Positions 1 through 10,444 are shown, counted from the first letter of the stretch. The stretch: DNA of 64,000 bases from Blastocatellia bacterium (GCA_963765495.1 CAVXWP010000016.1:320001-384000); one strand, 5' to 3'. Numbers and translations are program-made. Notes: generated by a model from the sequence alone, not told the origin.

Positions 1-211
1 TTGGGGGATTTCCATGCTCCCGGCCTGGGCCGTGCGCGACGAGGTGAAGGCGGGAAAGCTCGCACAGTTGAGAATTGACAATCATCAGCTTCGGCGGTCG
101 GTCGCTATGGTTTCGCTGGGCAAATTTCAAACGTCCCCAACACGCGCTTTCACAGCCTTTCTTATCAATCACAAAGACGAGTTACAGGAGATGGCAAGAG
201 GCGTCTCGTGA
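1..211 (+). CDS. LysR-family regulator, C-terminal substrate-binding fragment (5'-partial)
   Basis: Frame is open from the window start: LGISMLPAWAVRDEVKAGKL...FQTSPTRAFTAFL resembles a LysR C-terminus. Confidence 0.75.
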   Translation, partial: WGISMLPAWAVRDEVKAGKLAQLRIDNHQLRRSVAMVSLGKFQTSPTRAFTAFLINHKDELQEMARGVS

Positions 212-323
212 AGAGTGATTCGTGAAGAGTGATTCGTGAAGAGTGATTCGTGATTTAGCAGGTCAGCAAGTTGACTTAAACCTGCGACCTGCCTGAAAGT
301 CACGAATCACTCTTCACGAATCA
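208..323. repeat. Heptamer-armed palindromic element, core type A
   Basis: (GTGAAGA GTGATTC)x3, core CAGGTCAGCAAGTTGACTTAAACCTGCGACCTGCCTGAAAG, then inverted arm TCACGAATCACTCTTCACGAATCA. Confidence 0.9.
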
Positions 324-1073
324 GAGATATCTGAGGCTGAGGCTGCCTGACACGGAGGACATGTTCAGGCTACGCGAGCCGTTTCCGACTCTGCCGTGTG
401 CGTGCTGTCTGGTGGTGTATTTTTCCGAACGAACTTCGATGGGGAAATCGGTCTTGATCGAGCCGCTGAAACTCGACATATCAATATCGGCATCGAGGTT
501 TGCGGGGAGCCGGATGTCCACATCACCGCTTACGGATGAGAACTTCATATCGTCGTTGCCTTCGAATCGGCTTATCTCGACGCTCACATCGCCGCTCACG
601 CTTGTGGCGTTGACGGAACCGCTCACGTCTTTGATCTCTACATTGCCGCTCACGCTCGAAGACCTGAGTTTGCCGGTCACACCGCTGACATGCACATCGC
701 CGCTTACGGACGAAATGCCGTCAAAATCGTAGTTGACTCCTGCCGGAACCTGCACTTCGAATTTGACGCTTGCATCGCAATCACAGTGTTTTGGGTAACG
801 CACGTGCACATCTACGTCGTTGCCGCTGCTGTGGTCTTCAATCTCTACCATGTCGCGGTCGCGGCCCTGTTTAAAGCCACTCACGATAACGGCATCGCCG
901 TTGTAAGCCGTCACCTGCACGTTTCCCGACACCGTGCCTACGTCTATGCGCCCGCCCGCGCCTATTCGATATGATTTTTGAAAATCCTGGGCCGCAACCG
1001 ATGTGGCAAGCGCCAGGCAAAAGAGGGATGAAACTACAACGAGACGAAATGATTTTCTGCTCATAAAACTCAA
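321..1073 (-). CDS. DUF4097/adhesin-like beta-strand repeat secreted protein
   Basis: Signal peptide ending AAQ; repeated SSVSG(D/N)V motifs. Confidence 0.85.
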   Translation of the reverse strand: MSFMSRKSFRLVVVSSLFCLALATSVAAQDFQKSYRIGAGGRIDVGTVSGNVQVTAYNGDAVIVSGFKQGRDRDMVEIEDHSSGNDVDVHVRYPKHCDCDASVKFEVQVPAGVNYDFDGISSVSGDVHVSGVTGKLRSSSVSGNVEIKDVSGSVNATSVSGDVSVEISRFEGNDDMKFSSVSGDVDIRLPANLDADIDMSSFSGSIKTDFPIEVRSEKYTTRQHAHGRVGNGSRSLNMSSVSGSLSLRYL

Positions 1074-1175
1074 CTCCTTTCGAGGCTTCTTTAAGTACCG
1101 CGTTTCGAGGAGTGAGTGGCAGGGAAAACAAAAAGGTTTCAGAGTGGCAAAAATTTCATCTTTAAGATAAAGACC

Positions 1176-1943
1176 TTATCCCGGGTTTGTGCCGTAGTTG
1201 AGCGACATTATTCCACCGCCGAATTCGTGAAACCCCGTCTCGACGAAGCCTGCCCGCTTCATCATCTCTTCGATGCCGCGCTGTCCGGGATAGAGTTTGA
1301 GTGATTCGGGAATATAGCGATAAGTGTCGGCGTCGCCGTGGAGAATCAGCCCTACGGTCGAACCGACCACGATGAGATAACGCAGATAGAGCCAGCGATA
1401 GAGTCTGTTTGGAGGATGCCCGAAATCGAGAGAGCAGAATCGCCCGCTCGGTTTTAGCACCCGCTTTATCTCTTCAAGCGCGCCCTGCACGTCCGGCACA
1501 TTCCTTAAGGCGTAGCCTCCCGTCACACAATCAAAAGCATCATCCGGGAAAGGTATGTGCATGATGTCGGCTCGGTGAAACCCGACATTGGTCGCAGATT
1601 GCTCACGGCGCTTGCGTTCGGCGATGTCGAGCATACCTTGGGTTATGTCAAGCCCGATGGCCTGCCCGCGATTCAATTGCTTTGCGAGGGCAAAGGTTAT
1701 ATCCCCGGTTCCGCAGGCAAGGTCGAGCGCAATCTCATCGCCTTTGAGATCGAGCGTCTTTATAAGCTTGCGCTTCCAGCCACGGTCCATCCCGTAAGAC
1801 ATGAAGACCGTAAAGAAATCGTAGCGCGGAGCTATAGTCTCAAACAGCCGATTGACGTATCGCTGCTTCTTCTCTTTCGACGAGATGTATTCTTTAAGGT
1901 CCAGTTTCTCTGTCATATCTTCCGCCATATCAATCGCTCTCAA
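1176..1943 (-). CDS. ubiE: UbiE/MenG-family quinone C-methyltransferase
   Basis: [21 protein letters not shown] motif, [12 protein letters not shown]. Confidence 0.85.
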   Translation of the reverse strand: MRAIDMAEDMTEKLDLKEYISSKEKKQRYVNRLFETIAPRYDFFTVFMSYGMDRGWKRKLIKTLDLKGDEIALDLACGTGDITFALAKQLNRGQAIGLDITQGMLDIAERKRREQSATNVGFHRADIMHIPFPDDAFDCVTGGYALRNVPDVQGALEEIKRVLKPSGRFCSLDFGHPPNRLYRWLYLRYLIVVGSTVGLILHGDADTYRYIPESLKLYPGQRGIEEMMKRAGFVETGFHEFGGGIMSLNYGTNPG

Positions 1944-1981
1944 CTATTTTCAGTTCCTATTTTGACGGCCCAAAATCCCGT

Positions 1982-2758
1982 TTATAGCCTGTAGCCGCCC
2001 GATATTTCAATCGTCTCGCCCGTTATGTTGCGGCCTTCGTCTGAGGCCAGAAACAACGCCATAGCCGATATGTCATCCTCTTCGACCATCCGCTTGAGCG
2101 CGGCAGGCTCCACGTATTCGCGCTCTACATCTTCGACCGCGCGATTCATCTCGGCAGCACGTCGGCGGATCACCTCTCCAATGCGAGGCCCGCGCACGGG
2201 GCCGGGCGCTATTGCATTCACCGTGATGTTATAACGGCCTACCTCATCGGCCAGGGTCCGCGTCAGCCCGATCATCCCCCACTTCGAGACGGCGTATGGA
2301 CTCCTGAGCGCGTAGGCCGCAAGCCCCGCAACCGATGTTATATTGATTATGCGACCGCTCTGCTGTTCGATCATCCGTGGCAGGGCATATTTGGCGCACA
2401 GGAATGCCCCAGTAAGATTCACCGCAAGCACCCGCTCCCATTCATCAAGGCTCACATTGATGACGGGCGCTGTCGGGCCTATGACTCCTGCGTTGTTGAC
2501 GAGAACATCTATGCGCCCAAACTCGTCAAGAGTGGCTCGGATGACATTCTCGACGCTTGCTTCATCGGCCACATCGGCAGATGTTGCGATTGCTCGTCCG
2601 CCCTGACCGCGAATCTCTTCGGCGACGTGTTCTATGGTTTCGCGGGTAGTCCCCGAGAGACTGACACAAGCGCCTTCGCTTGCGAATCGCAACGCTATTG
2701 CCCGTCCTATTCCTTTGCCCCCGCCTGTCACAATCGAGACTTTGCCTTCGAGTCGCAT
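1982..2758 (-). CDS. SDR-family oxidoreductase
   Basis: TGGGKGIG, NNAG, YAVSK catalytic motif. Confidence 0.93.
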   Translation of the reverse strand: MRLEGKVSIVTGGGKGIGRAIALRFASEGACVSLSGTTRETIEHVAEEIRGQGGRAIATSADVADEASVENVIRATLDEFGRIDVLVNNAGVIGPTAPVINVSLDEWERVLAVNLTGAFLCAKYALPRMIEQQSGRIINITSVAGLAAYALRSPYAVSKWGMIGLTRTLADEVGRYNITVNAIAPGPVRGPRIGEVIRRRAAEMNRAVEDVEREYVEPAALKRMVEEDDISAMALFLASDEGRNITGETIEISGGYRL

Positions 2759-2851
2759 TGGTTCCTCCCATCTGAATAAGGTTGATCAAGACCACTACTC
2801 CCGGGCTGCCGTGGCTATGATAGCCGATCAAGCCACCCGGATGATAGCGGA

Positions 2852-2928
2852 GTGATGCGCGAAGCGTGATTCGTGACAGGCATGCTACCTCAGAGTCACG
2901 AATCACGAATCACGAATCACGATTCACG
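2852..2928. repeat. Heptamer-armed palindromic element, shortened type A core
   Basis: GTGATGC..GTGATTCGTGA, CAGGCATGC..AG, then (TCACGAA)x3 TCACGAT TCACG. Confidence 0.85.
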
Positions 2929-3215
2929 TCCGGCAGGGGAATATTATGCTCTGCGGCGGGTATTATTTCTGGTGAAGGAGGTTTGAAGATTATGAGCGCC
3001 AGACACACGAGCAGGCGATTCGACGCCCGGAGAGCAACAAAAGCTCATCGGTCAAGTACCCGAAAAGGTGACATGAATTGTCGCATAGCGAATGGCATAA
3101 TATGTAAATCCCGGTTATGGCCGCTTCTTGTCTCAATCGTCATGGGCGGTCCTTTTTCTGATAAACCTTGCCTTGAGTGCCGGTTGCGCCCTCTAGCAAA
3201 CCGCAAAGTGAAAAA

Positions 3216-3231
3216 TGGCATCATAATTGCG
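3216..3231 (+). promoter_or_regulatory. Putative sigma54 (-24/-12) promoter
   Basis: TGGCATCATAATTGCG has GG-N10-GC spacing; about 170 bp upstream of the Clp-like ATPase. Confidence 0.6.
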
Positions 3232-3401
3232 GAAACACAACGTTATAGAGGCCTGAACAGGTATCAGGCGATTGTGATTGAAAACTTTTGAGGAGACGAC
3301 TGAAGGAGATACGGAGGAACCCAATTAGCGAGAACTGACGTAAGAATCAGTAGCAACGGAATCGTTAGTGGAATGGCAACAGCGGAAGAAAGAGGTGGGA
3401 A

Positions 3402-4532
3402 ATGAATACCAACGGGCAAAAGAGAAAATTGGTGGCGCTTAACCCGGAAGCAAAGAGCCGGCGAGCGCAGGAATTTGAAGCAGGGCTTAGAGATCGAGTA
3501 GTAGGTCAGGACCGTGCCATTCGCAGCATCGCATCTCTGTATCAAGTCTTTCAGGCAGGAATGACAAATCCCGAGCGTCCGCTTGGCACGATGCTCTTCC
3601 TCGGCCCCACGGGGTCGGGCAAGACTCACGTAGTCGAGGCCGCCGCCGACATCCTGTTTGGAAATCCTCACGCGGTCATCAAAATAGACTGCGCCGAGTT
3701 TCAGCACTCGCACGAGATTGCAAAGCTCATCGGCTCGCCTCCCGGCTACCTTGGCCATCGCGAGACTGCACCGCTCCTCACTCAGGAGAATCTGGATAAA
3801 TATCGCACCGAGCGCGACCCGTTTACACTTGTTTTGTTTGACGAGGTCGAGAAAGCGTCAGATGCGCTGTGGCAGCTTCTTCTGGGCGTCCTCGACAAAG
3901 GGACTTTGACGCTTGGCGACAATCGCAAAGTAGATTTCTCGCAGTGCATGATCTTTATGACCTCAAATCTCGGGGCCAAAGAGATGAGCGAGTTGATCAC
4001 CGGCTCGATAGGCTTTGCGCCTGCCAGAAGCGCGGGTATGGTCGCAGACGATCTGGATCAGAAGATATATCGCACGGCGCTTGAAGCCGCGCGGCGTAAG
4101 TTCTCACCGGAATTTATGAACCGCATAGATAAGACCGTAGTCTTTCGCTCGCTCAAGCACGAGCAGTTGCAGCGAATACTCGAACTCGAACTCAGGTCCG
4201 TGCAGCAGAGGATTGATGAAGGCGCAGGCTCGGCATTTACTTTCGTCCTCACCAACGAAGCAAAAGAGTTTTTGCTTGAGGAAGGCATCGAATACCGTTA
4301 CGGCGCTCGCCACCTCAAGCGAGCAATCGAGCGCTTTCTGGTTTATCCGCTGGCGAATTTGTCGGCTACTCATCAGATCGGTCTGGGTGATGTGGTGGTG
4401 GTTGAACTCGACCCCGAAGACCAGAAATTCATCTTCTTCCGCGACGATGCCGAAACAAGCAGGGCTGCCGCGGCGATGGAAGCGGTTCAGGCTCTACAGG
4501 CAAATAACGATCAGAATCGCATCGCTGCCTGA
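3402..4532 (+). CDS. ClpA/B-like AAA+ ATPase with only the D2 module
   Basis: VVGQD, GPTGSGKT, IGSPPGYLG pore loop, LFDEVEKA, MTSNLG, SIGF loop, PEFMNRID, YGARHLKRAI. Confidence 0.9.
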   Translation: MNTNGQKRKLVALNPEAKSRRAQEFEAGLRDRVVGQDRAIRSIASLYQVFQAGMTNPERPLGTMLFLGPTGSGKTHVVEAAADILFGNPHAVIKIDCAEFQHSHEIAKLIGSPPGYLGHRETAPLLTQENLDKYRTERDPFTLVLFDEVEKASDALWQLLLGVLDKGTLTLGDNRKVDFSQCMIFMTSNLGAKEMSELITGSIGFAPARSAGMVADDLDQKIYRTALEAARRKFSPEFMNRIDKTVVFRSLKHEQLQRILELELRSVQQRIDEGAGSAFTFVLTNEAKEFLLEEGIEYRYGARHLKRAIERFLVYPLANLSATHQIGLGDVVVVELDPEDQKFIFFRDDAETSRAAAAMEAVQALQANNDQNRIAA

Positions 4533-4562
4533 TCTGTAACAGTAAAGGCGAGTGTTCGAGAT

Positions 4563-4599
4563 AGGCCGGCAAAGTGGAATTGCCGGCCTTCTTCATTTT
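4563..4599. terminator. Intrinsic terminator-like hairpin between convergent genes
   Basis: AGGCCGGCAA-N7-TTGCCGGCCT followed by TCTTCATTTT. Confidence 0.65.
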
Positions 4600-4628
4600 G
4601 AAGATTGCGGTGCTGCGGCCTCACCCCG

Positions 4629-5186
4629 TCAGGGCTGGTTGCTGTTTGCATTCTGCCCGGCCGGCGGTTGAGGCGGGTTCAATGCCTTGTTTGCCAGAGT
4701 AGTCAGCCTCCGCGATTGATAGAACAACAATTTGGAGCCTTCTATCAATTGACTCCAGTTATTGAGCGGCATCTGATTGTTTCCCGCCGCGAATTCGCTT
4801 CTGATCTTATCGAGATAAGTGCGCTCTCTTTTGAAATAATCTTCGACGCTTGCGGGAAAGTCATGCGCGCCCTGAGGCACGGGCAGCGCCTCGAACTCTT
4901 TTTGCTTCTGCTCGAATTTACCGTTTAATTTGTCTATCTCACCCAGCACCAGCGCCTGATCGTAAAAGACCGTGTTGTTCTCGCCCTTCTGCAATGACCG
5001 CGCTATGGTTTCGACCGTCAGCCGGGTGTCGTTTGCAATCGATTCCAGGATAGGCAGTACCTGACGAGCATAGTTCTGTACGCCCGGGATATCGTCCTGC
5101 GTGTGCGGGGCCGGTGCCGAAGAAGAGCACGCGGACAAAAAAAACAGGATCGCAGTTATTACAGCTGTAAGAGCTTTACTCATCAT
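4629..5186 (-). CDS. Hypothetical lipoprotein
   Basis: MMSKALTAVITAILFFLSAC lipobox; helical body. Confidence 0.7.
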   Translation of the reverse strand: MMSKALTAVITAILFFLSACSSSAPAPHTQDDIPGVQNYARQVLPILESIANDTRLTVETIARSLQKGENNTVFYDQALVLGEIDKLNGKFEQKQKEFEALPVPQGAHDFPASVEDYFKRERTYLDKIRSEFAAGNNQMPLNNWSQLIEGSKLLFYQSRRLTTLANKALNPPQPPAGQNANSNQP

Positions 5187-5241
5187 AGATTCCTGAACCA
5201 TCCTTTGATAGCCGACCCGAATCAGCAATCGTATTTATATT

Positions 5242-7464
5242 TCAACCCACAGCAGCCAGGCCAAACTTTGGCTGCCGCCGAACGATTTCGACAAGCCGCG
5301 CCGTATCGCGTGTGTTGCGACGAACGCTCAACATGTAATCGGCCTCGCGCCGGGCCTGCTCGAGTATCTTATAATCGCGGACGATGTTGCCCACGCGAAA
5401 TGCCGGTATTCCCGATTGCCTTGTGCCCATCACCTCGCCCGGCCCGCGTATCTCGAGGTCTTTTTCCGCGACCTTGAACCCATCGCTTGTCTCTTCCATT
5501 ATCGCCAGTCGCTCTCGCGCTTCGGCGGTGCGCTTATGACCCGCCAGCAGTATACAGAAAGCCTGATCGTCTCCGCGCCCTACGCGGCCTCGAAGCTGAT
5601 GCAATTGCGAGAGCCCGAACCGTTCGGCGTGCTCGACCACCATCACGCTCGCGTTCGGCACATCAACTCCAACCTCGATCACCGTCGTCGCCACGAGTAT
5701 CTGAATTGCGCCCCGGCGGAATTCCTCCATCGCATCGTCTTTCTCTTCCTGCTTCATGCGCCCGTGAACGAGACCTATGCGGAAGTTTGGGAAAACATCT
5801 CTTTGAAGATGCTCGGCCATCTGCGATGCATTGAGCAGATCGAGTTTTTCAGACTCTTCGACGAGCGGATAGACGATATAAACCTGGCGGCCCTGGCGGA
5901 TTATCGTATCCAGAAAATGATATATCTTGTTTCGGGCCTCTTCGCCGCGCACCTTTGTGATGACTGGCTTTCTGCCGGGCGGCATCTCGTCGATGATAGA
6001 GACATCGAGATCACCGTAAACGGTCATCGCAAGCGAGCGCGGAATCGGAGTGGCGGTCATCACCAAAACATCGGGGTTGTATCCGCGATTCATCAACTCC
6101 GCTCGCTGCAAGACGCCGAAACGGTGTTGCTCGTCTATGACCACAAATCCGAGTTTGTGAAACCGAACGCCCTCCTGTATCAGCGCGTGTGTCCCTATCA
6201 CAAGATCGGCTTCGCCCGCCGAGATGACTTCGTGAAGCTCGCGTTTGCGCGCCGCCGTGAGCGATCCGGTGAGCAACTCTACGCGGTAAGGCGTGGAAGC
6301 CGTAACCCGCTTTATGTTTTTCGCGTGCTGCTCGGCCAGTATCTCCGTAGGAACCATTATGGCTGTCTGATAGCCGTTCTCAATCGCCACAATCGCGGCC
6401 TGCACCGCTACTATCGTCTTGCCCGATCCGACATCACCCTGAAGCAGCCGATTCATAGGTTGCTGACTGGTCATGTCCGACACTATTTCGCGCAGCACCC
6501 TTTTTTGAGCGCCCGTAGGTTTGAAGGGCAACACTCGTCTGACGGCATCGCGCACCCGGTCGTTGACTTCGATCAATGTGCCCTTTGGCGACTGCTCTCT
6601 TCCTTGCCTCCGCAGCCCCATAGCAAGTCCAAGCCAGAAGAACTCTTCAAAGATCAGCCGCCTGTGCGCGGGCGATTGAACTTTGTTGTAAAGCTCAAGC
6701 GGCGCGTCATCGGCGGGGAAATGGACGTGTCGGAAAGCATCCGTCTGCGAGATCAGTTGATTGCGCTTGAGCAGTTCTTCCGGGATCGACTCTTCCATAT
6801 CGGAAAAGTCGAGCCTCTCAAGTACGTGATACATGATCGAGCGGAGTTGCTTGGCTCGCACCTCGCCAAGCTTGCGATAGACCGGAACCCTCCGGCCCAT
6901 ATGAATCGCATCCGCCGAGTCGTCATCATCGGTGATGAATTCATAATCGGGATTTTCAACTTCGAAGAAACCGCGACGGCCTCGTTTCCACTGGCCGTAA
7001 AGCAGGACCCGACGGCCTCTTGGAAAAGAGTTTTGCAGATAAGGCTGATTCCACCAGTAAGCCCGTATCTGCCCGGTTTCGTCTACGGCGGAAAACTCGA
7101 AAATCCTCAGTTTTCCGCCCTTCACGGCATAGGTTCCCGCGACTCTGACCTCAACTTCCAGAGTGGCCTCGGCACCGTGCTCAAGGTCGCGGATGCGAGT
7201 CAGATTTGAGCGGTCTTCATATCGCATAGGCAGGTAGTGAAGCAGATCCTCGACCGTAACCTGCAAGGGGTTTGCCCCGCCGAGAGAACCGGCTACGCCC
7301 ATTGCAAGCTTTTGCGCCGTCTTCATAGCCAGGCGTGGAATCTCGTGAAGGTGTAGTTCGTAAAGCGGGGTTGTGAGCTTGAGCAAAAGTGTCACTCCTT
7401 CAAAACCCGAAGGCAAATTTCTTCGGGGCAATAAAATTCTAGGGGAGCATACACGGCCGGTCAA
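5242..7464 (-). CDS. recG: ATP-dependent DNA helicase RecG (true start probably somewhat downstream of the ORF start)
   Basis: RLLQGDVGSGKT, DEQHRFGV, MTATPIPRSL, QLRGRVGRG, DLEIRGPGE; N-terminal wedge/OB region. Confidence 0.97.
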   Translation of the reverse strand: MTGRVCSPRILLPRRNLPSGFEGVTLLLKLTTPLYELHLHEIPRLAMKTAQKLAMGVAGSLGGANPLQVTVEDLLHYLPMRYEDRSNLTRIRDLEHGAEATLEVEVRVAGTYAVKGGKLRIFEFSAVDETGQIRAYWWNQPYLQNSFPRGRRVLLYGQWKRGRRGFFEVENPDYEFITDDDDSADAIHMGRRVPVYRKLGEVRAKQLRSIMYHVLERLDFSDMEESIPEELLKRNQLISQTDAFRHVHFPADDAPLELYNKVQSPAHRRLIFEEFFWLGLAMGLRRQGREQSPKGTLIEVNDRVRDAVRRVLPFKPTGAQKRVLREIVSDMTSQQPMNRLLQGDVGSGKTIVAVQAAIVAIENGYQTAIMVPTEILAEQHAKNIKRVTASTPYRVELLTGSLTAARKRELHEVISAGEADLVIGTHALIQEGVRFHKLGFVVIDEQHRFGVLQRAELMNRGYNPDVLVMTATPIPRSLAMTVYGDLDVSIIDEMPPGRKPVITKVRGEEARNKIYHFLDTIIRQGRQVYIVYPLVEESEKLDLLNASQMAEHLQRDVFPNFRIGLVHGRMKQEEKDDAMEEFRRGAIQILVATTVIEVGVDVPNASVMVVEHAERFGLSQLHQLRGRVGRGDDQAFCILLAGHKRTAEARERLAIMEETSDGFKVAEKDLEIRGPGEVMGTRQSGIPAFRVGNIVRDYKILEQARREADYMLSVRRNTRDTARLVEIVRRQPKFGLAAVG

Positions 7465-7705
7465 GAAACCGCCCTGTCTGAGCTAAATCACTCCGCAAGA
7501 AATCGGTACAAATGACTTTGAATGAAAGGTTGATCGGAATAGGCCGGGACGGCCGCGGATCGGCCTATTTCAACTTCCTTTTCTATATTTTGGAATACTG
7601 AATAGCCCTCGTTCAAATCACGATTAAACCATTCGATTCCAAAAGCGGTTGGTCTTACGGCGATACTTCTGTATATTGAATTCTTTTTCAGGCTCTCGGG
7701 TTACA

Positions 7706-9886
7706 ATGCGAAGATTTCTACTGGTTATATTGATTCTGCTTCTGCCCACGGCGGCGACCGTCTTTTTGTACTTCAACATCAAGACAAAAAAGATTCCTAC
7801 GAGCCGTGAAGCCGTGGGGCAGGTCACCACGCTTGCCGGCGCAGGCTATCCCGGTCTTGAGGATGGAACAGCTTTCGAGGCCGCCTTCAGTGACCCGTTC
7901 GGCATCGCCGTAGACATTCGAGGCAACGTCCTCGTCGCAGACGGAGGCGAGGCCAATCGCATTAGAAGAATCACGCCCGAAGGCAAGGTTGACACAGTAG
8001 CCGGTTCCTCGGAAGGCTTTGCCGATGGCCGCGCGGCCTCATCCGAATTCAACACCCCGTCAGGCATAGCCACCGATAAACGAGGCAATCTATTCATTGC
8101 CGATACTGCAAACAACCGCATACGCGAGCTTGGCGCGAACGGCGAAGTCAGCACCGTCGCAGGGAGCGGTGCGCGAGGGTACAGGGACGGCCCGGCATCG
8201 GAGGCTCAATTCGACGGCCCGCTCGCAGTGGCTCTCGACGGGCAGGGAAATGTCTATATAACAGACAGCTATAATGACCGCATCCGAAGGGTTTCAATCG
8301 ACGGCGAGGTCACAACAGTCGCGGGCACAGGCACGCCGGGATTTAGCGACGGCCCGGCCCTCTCGGCTCAATTCGATACGCCCGCCGGTATCGCGGTTGA
8401 CGAACAGGGAAATGTTTACGTAGCCGATACGGGAAATCACGCGATCCGCAAAATCACTCCGCAAGGCGAAGTCAGCACTCTCAGGGATTCGCAAGACCCG
8501 CCCACAAACATCAATCGTCCCATAAGTCTCGTCGTGACCCACGATGGTTTTTTGTTTGTGGCCGACGAGCGCGGACGCGTCTATCGCATATCGCCCGAAT
8601 CCGAGTTCAGCCTCTTTGCCGGTTCGGAGGCCGGTTATGCGGAAGGCGTAGGCGCGGCGGCGCGATTCAACTCTCCTTCGGGCATAGCCATAGACGGCGC
8701 GGGCAACATCTATGTAGCCGACACGCAGAATTATTTGATCAGGAAGATAGTTCCTGTCGCTCAGGGATCAAACGCCGCTCAGACGAGTGGTGCGTCAGAA
8801 AAATTTATTCAACCGCCTGTTGAAAACGGCTCCACTGATTCGGTAAAGGCCGTCCCTCGATTCGACAGAATCTTTCAGAACGCGGGCCAGTCTTTTCCGT
8901 GGCCTGTCAATCCGCAGGATCAATGGCACGAGGTAACGGGACTTGTGGGCGAAGCGCGCGGCGCTTCGGGCGGCGTCGCGCTCGACCACCTGCATAGCGG
9001 TCTCGATATTCGCGGCAATATGGGAGAACCTGCCCTCTCGGTGCTTGATGAGAAGATCAGTTCTCCGATTCCCGCGTGGGGATTTGGCAATTCGGGTGAA
9101 GGCATCGGCCTGAGGCTTATGCGATATATTCACATCCGCGTGGGGCGCAACGAGAGAGACGAGATTCAGGCGCAGGATAAATTCAAACCTCGTCTCGATG
9201 AAACGGGAAAGATCATCGGCATCAGGGCGCGGCGCGGAACTCGATTCAAAGTGGGCGACTTCCTCGGTACGATAAACAGTCTCTATCACGTTCATCTCAA
9301 CCTCGGCCCCTGGAACGCCGAAGCCAATCCGATCAATTTTCCTTTCGTCGGCTTCAAAGATACTATCGCTCCAACGATTGAGCCTGACGGTATCGAAGTG
9401 GTCAATCAGGCAGGCGAAGCTTTCAAACAGAAGCGCGACGGTCGCCTTATCGTCTCAGGTGACATAGACATCATCGTAACGGCTTATGACAGGGTTGACG
9501 GCAACGGGAACACGCGCAAGCTCGGTCTCTACAAGGCGGGTTATCAGTTGTTCACCGAAGACGGCGCGGCGGTCAAAGGTTTTGAAGAACCGCTCATCAA
9601 CATAGATTTTCATCGCCTGCCCCCGGATGATTCCTCCGTCTTTATCGCCTACGCGCCGGGCAGCGGGGTCAGCGCATACGGAACTCCGACAAAATTCAGA
9701 TACATAGTGACGAACCGGGTTCGAGATGGTGAAGCCAGAGACGGATTGTTTCGCACATCTGAACTCGCGCCCGGACATTACATTCTGAGGGTAGTTGCCG
9801 AAGATTTTGCAGGCAATCGAGCATCGGGAAAATCTATCGAAATGCCCCTCTTTATTGAAGCCGCGCAATCGGGCGCGCAGAAATAA
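7706..9886 (+). CDS. Membrane-anchored NHL-repeat protein with a C-terminal M23-like domain
   Basis: N-terminal TM segment; repeated F(N/D)xPxGIAVD..GNxYVAD NHL units; HSGLD and HVH motifs. Confidence 0.8.
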   Translation: MRRFLLVILILLLPTAATVFLYFNIKTKKIPTSREAVGQVTTLAGAGYPGLEDGTAFEAAFSDPFGIAVDIRGNVLVADGGEANRIRRITPEGKVDTVAGSSEGFADGRAASSEFNTPSGIATDKRGNLFIADTANNRIRELGANGEVSTVAGSGARGYRDGPASEAQFDGPLAVALDGQGNVYITDSYNDRIRRVSIDGEVTTVAGTGTPGFSDGPALSAQFDTPAGIAVDEQGNVYVADTGNHAIRKITPQGEVSTLRDSQDPPTNINRPISLVVTHDGFLFVADERGRVYRISPESEFSLFAGSEAGYAEGVGAAARFNSPSGIAIDGAGNIYVADTQNYLIRKIVPVAQGSNAAQTSGASEKFIQPPVENGSTDSVKAVPRFDRIFQNAGQSFPWPVNPQDQWHEVTGLVGEARGASGGVALDHLHSGLDIRGNMGEPALSVLDEKISSPIPAWGFGNSGEGIGLRLMRYIHIRVGRNERDEIQAQDKFKPRLDETGKIIGIRARRGTRFKVGDFLGTINSLYHVHLNLGPWNAEANPINFPFVGFKDTIAPTIEPDGIEVVNQAGEAFKQKRDGRLIVSGDIDIIVTAYDRVDGNGNTRKLGLYKAGYQLFTEDGAAVKGFEEPLINIDFHRLPPDDSSVFIAYAPGSGVSAYGTPTKFRYIVTNRVRDGEARDGLFRTSELAPGHYILRVVAEDFAGNRASGKSIEMPLFIEAAQSGAQK

Positions 9887-9890
9887 AATC

Positions 9891-9919
9891 TCGACAAATT
9901 AACCAATGGCTGATAGCAT
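9891..9919 (+). promoter_or_regulatory. Sigma70-type promoter of the RRM gene
   Basis: TCGACA-17bp-TAGCAT with TGn extended -10. Confidence 0.6.
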
Positions 9920-10084
9920 TAAGTCCGTTCGTACGCGGCGGCGCGCGTGGCCGCTGCAATGTGTGGCATCAGGAGCGCGTCTGTTCTGTTCGGAAGTGTC
10001 TGCTAGGTTCCTCTGCTCGACCCTGTCCCGGATAGCCTAAACGGGTTCCTCTAACAAAGCTTCGAAAGATGCTTAGGAGAATCT

Positions 10085-10420
10085 ATGAGTATGAGAATTT
10101 TTGTAGGAAATCTGTCTTATCAAACGACAGAAGATCAGCTCTCTGACCTGTTTTCACAGGCGGGAGAGGTGGAGTCGGCCACGATAATAACCGACCGGGA
10201 TACGGGACGCTCTCGCGGTTTCGCCTTTATTGAAATGGACAAAGATGCAGGAGCGGCTGCGATAGAGCAATTCAACGGTTATGAGTTAAATGGACGAGCT
10301 ATAAATGTAAACGAAGCGCGCCCGCGCCCTGAACGCGGCGGCGGCTTTGGCGGCGGCGGCGGCGGACGGGGCGGCGGCTACGGCGGCGGACGGGGACAGC
10401 GCCGCGAGCCACGCTGGTAG
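10085..10420 (+). CDS. RRM RNA-binding protein with Gly-rich tail
   Basis: IFVGNL (RNP2), RGFAFIEM (RNP1), GGGRGG tail. Confidence 0.95.
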   Translation: MSMRIFVGNLSYQTTEDQLSDLFSQAGEVESATIITDRDTGRSRGFAFIEMDKDAGAAAIEQFNGYELNGRAINVNEARPRPERGGGFGGGGGGRGGGYGGGRGQRREPRW

Positions 10421-10444
10421 TTCTATCCCTCCATCAGAAATATG

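Noticed and set aside
208-323. Heptamer arrays as CRISPR repeats
   Set aside because: Units are contiguous 7/14-mers without spacers and form inverted arms.
2990-3075. AGCGCCAGAC...ACGAG...CCCGG as a glmS-like ribozyme or riboswitch
   Set aside because: Only fragmentary motif similarity, required helices are missing, and there is no cognate downstream gene.
2562-3291. Short ORFs containing ITNHES/IRDS peptides (also 29431-29691, 36945-37187, 37619-37852)
   Set aside because: These are translations of the heptamer arrays with no other coding evidence.
5416-7209. 597-aa + strand ORF and similar long antisense ORFs (13747-14655, 15976-16821, 54622-55746)
   Set aside because: Shadow frames opposite well-supported genes in GC-rich DNA, with no recognisable motifs.
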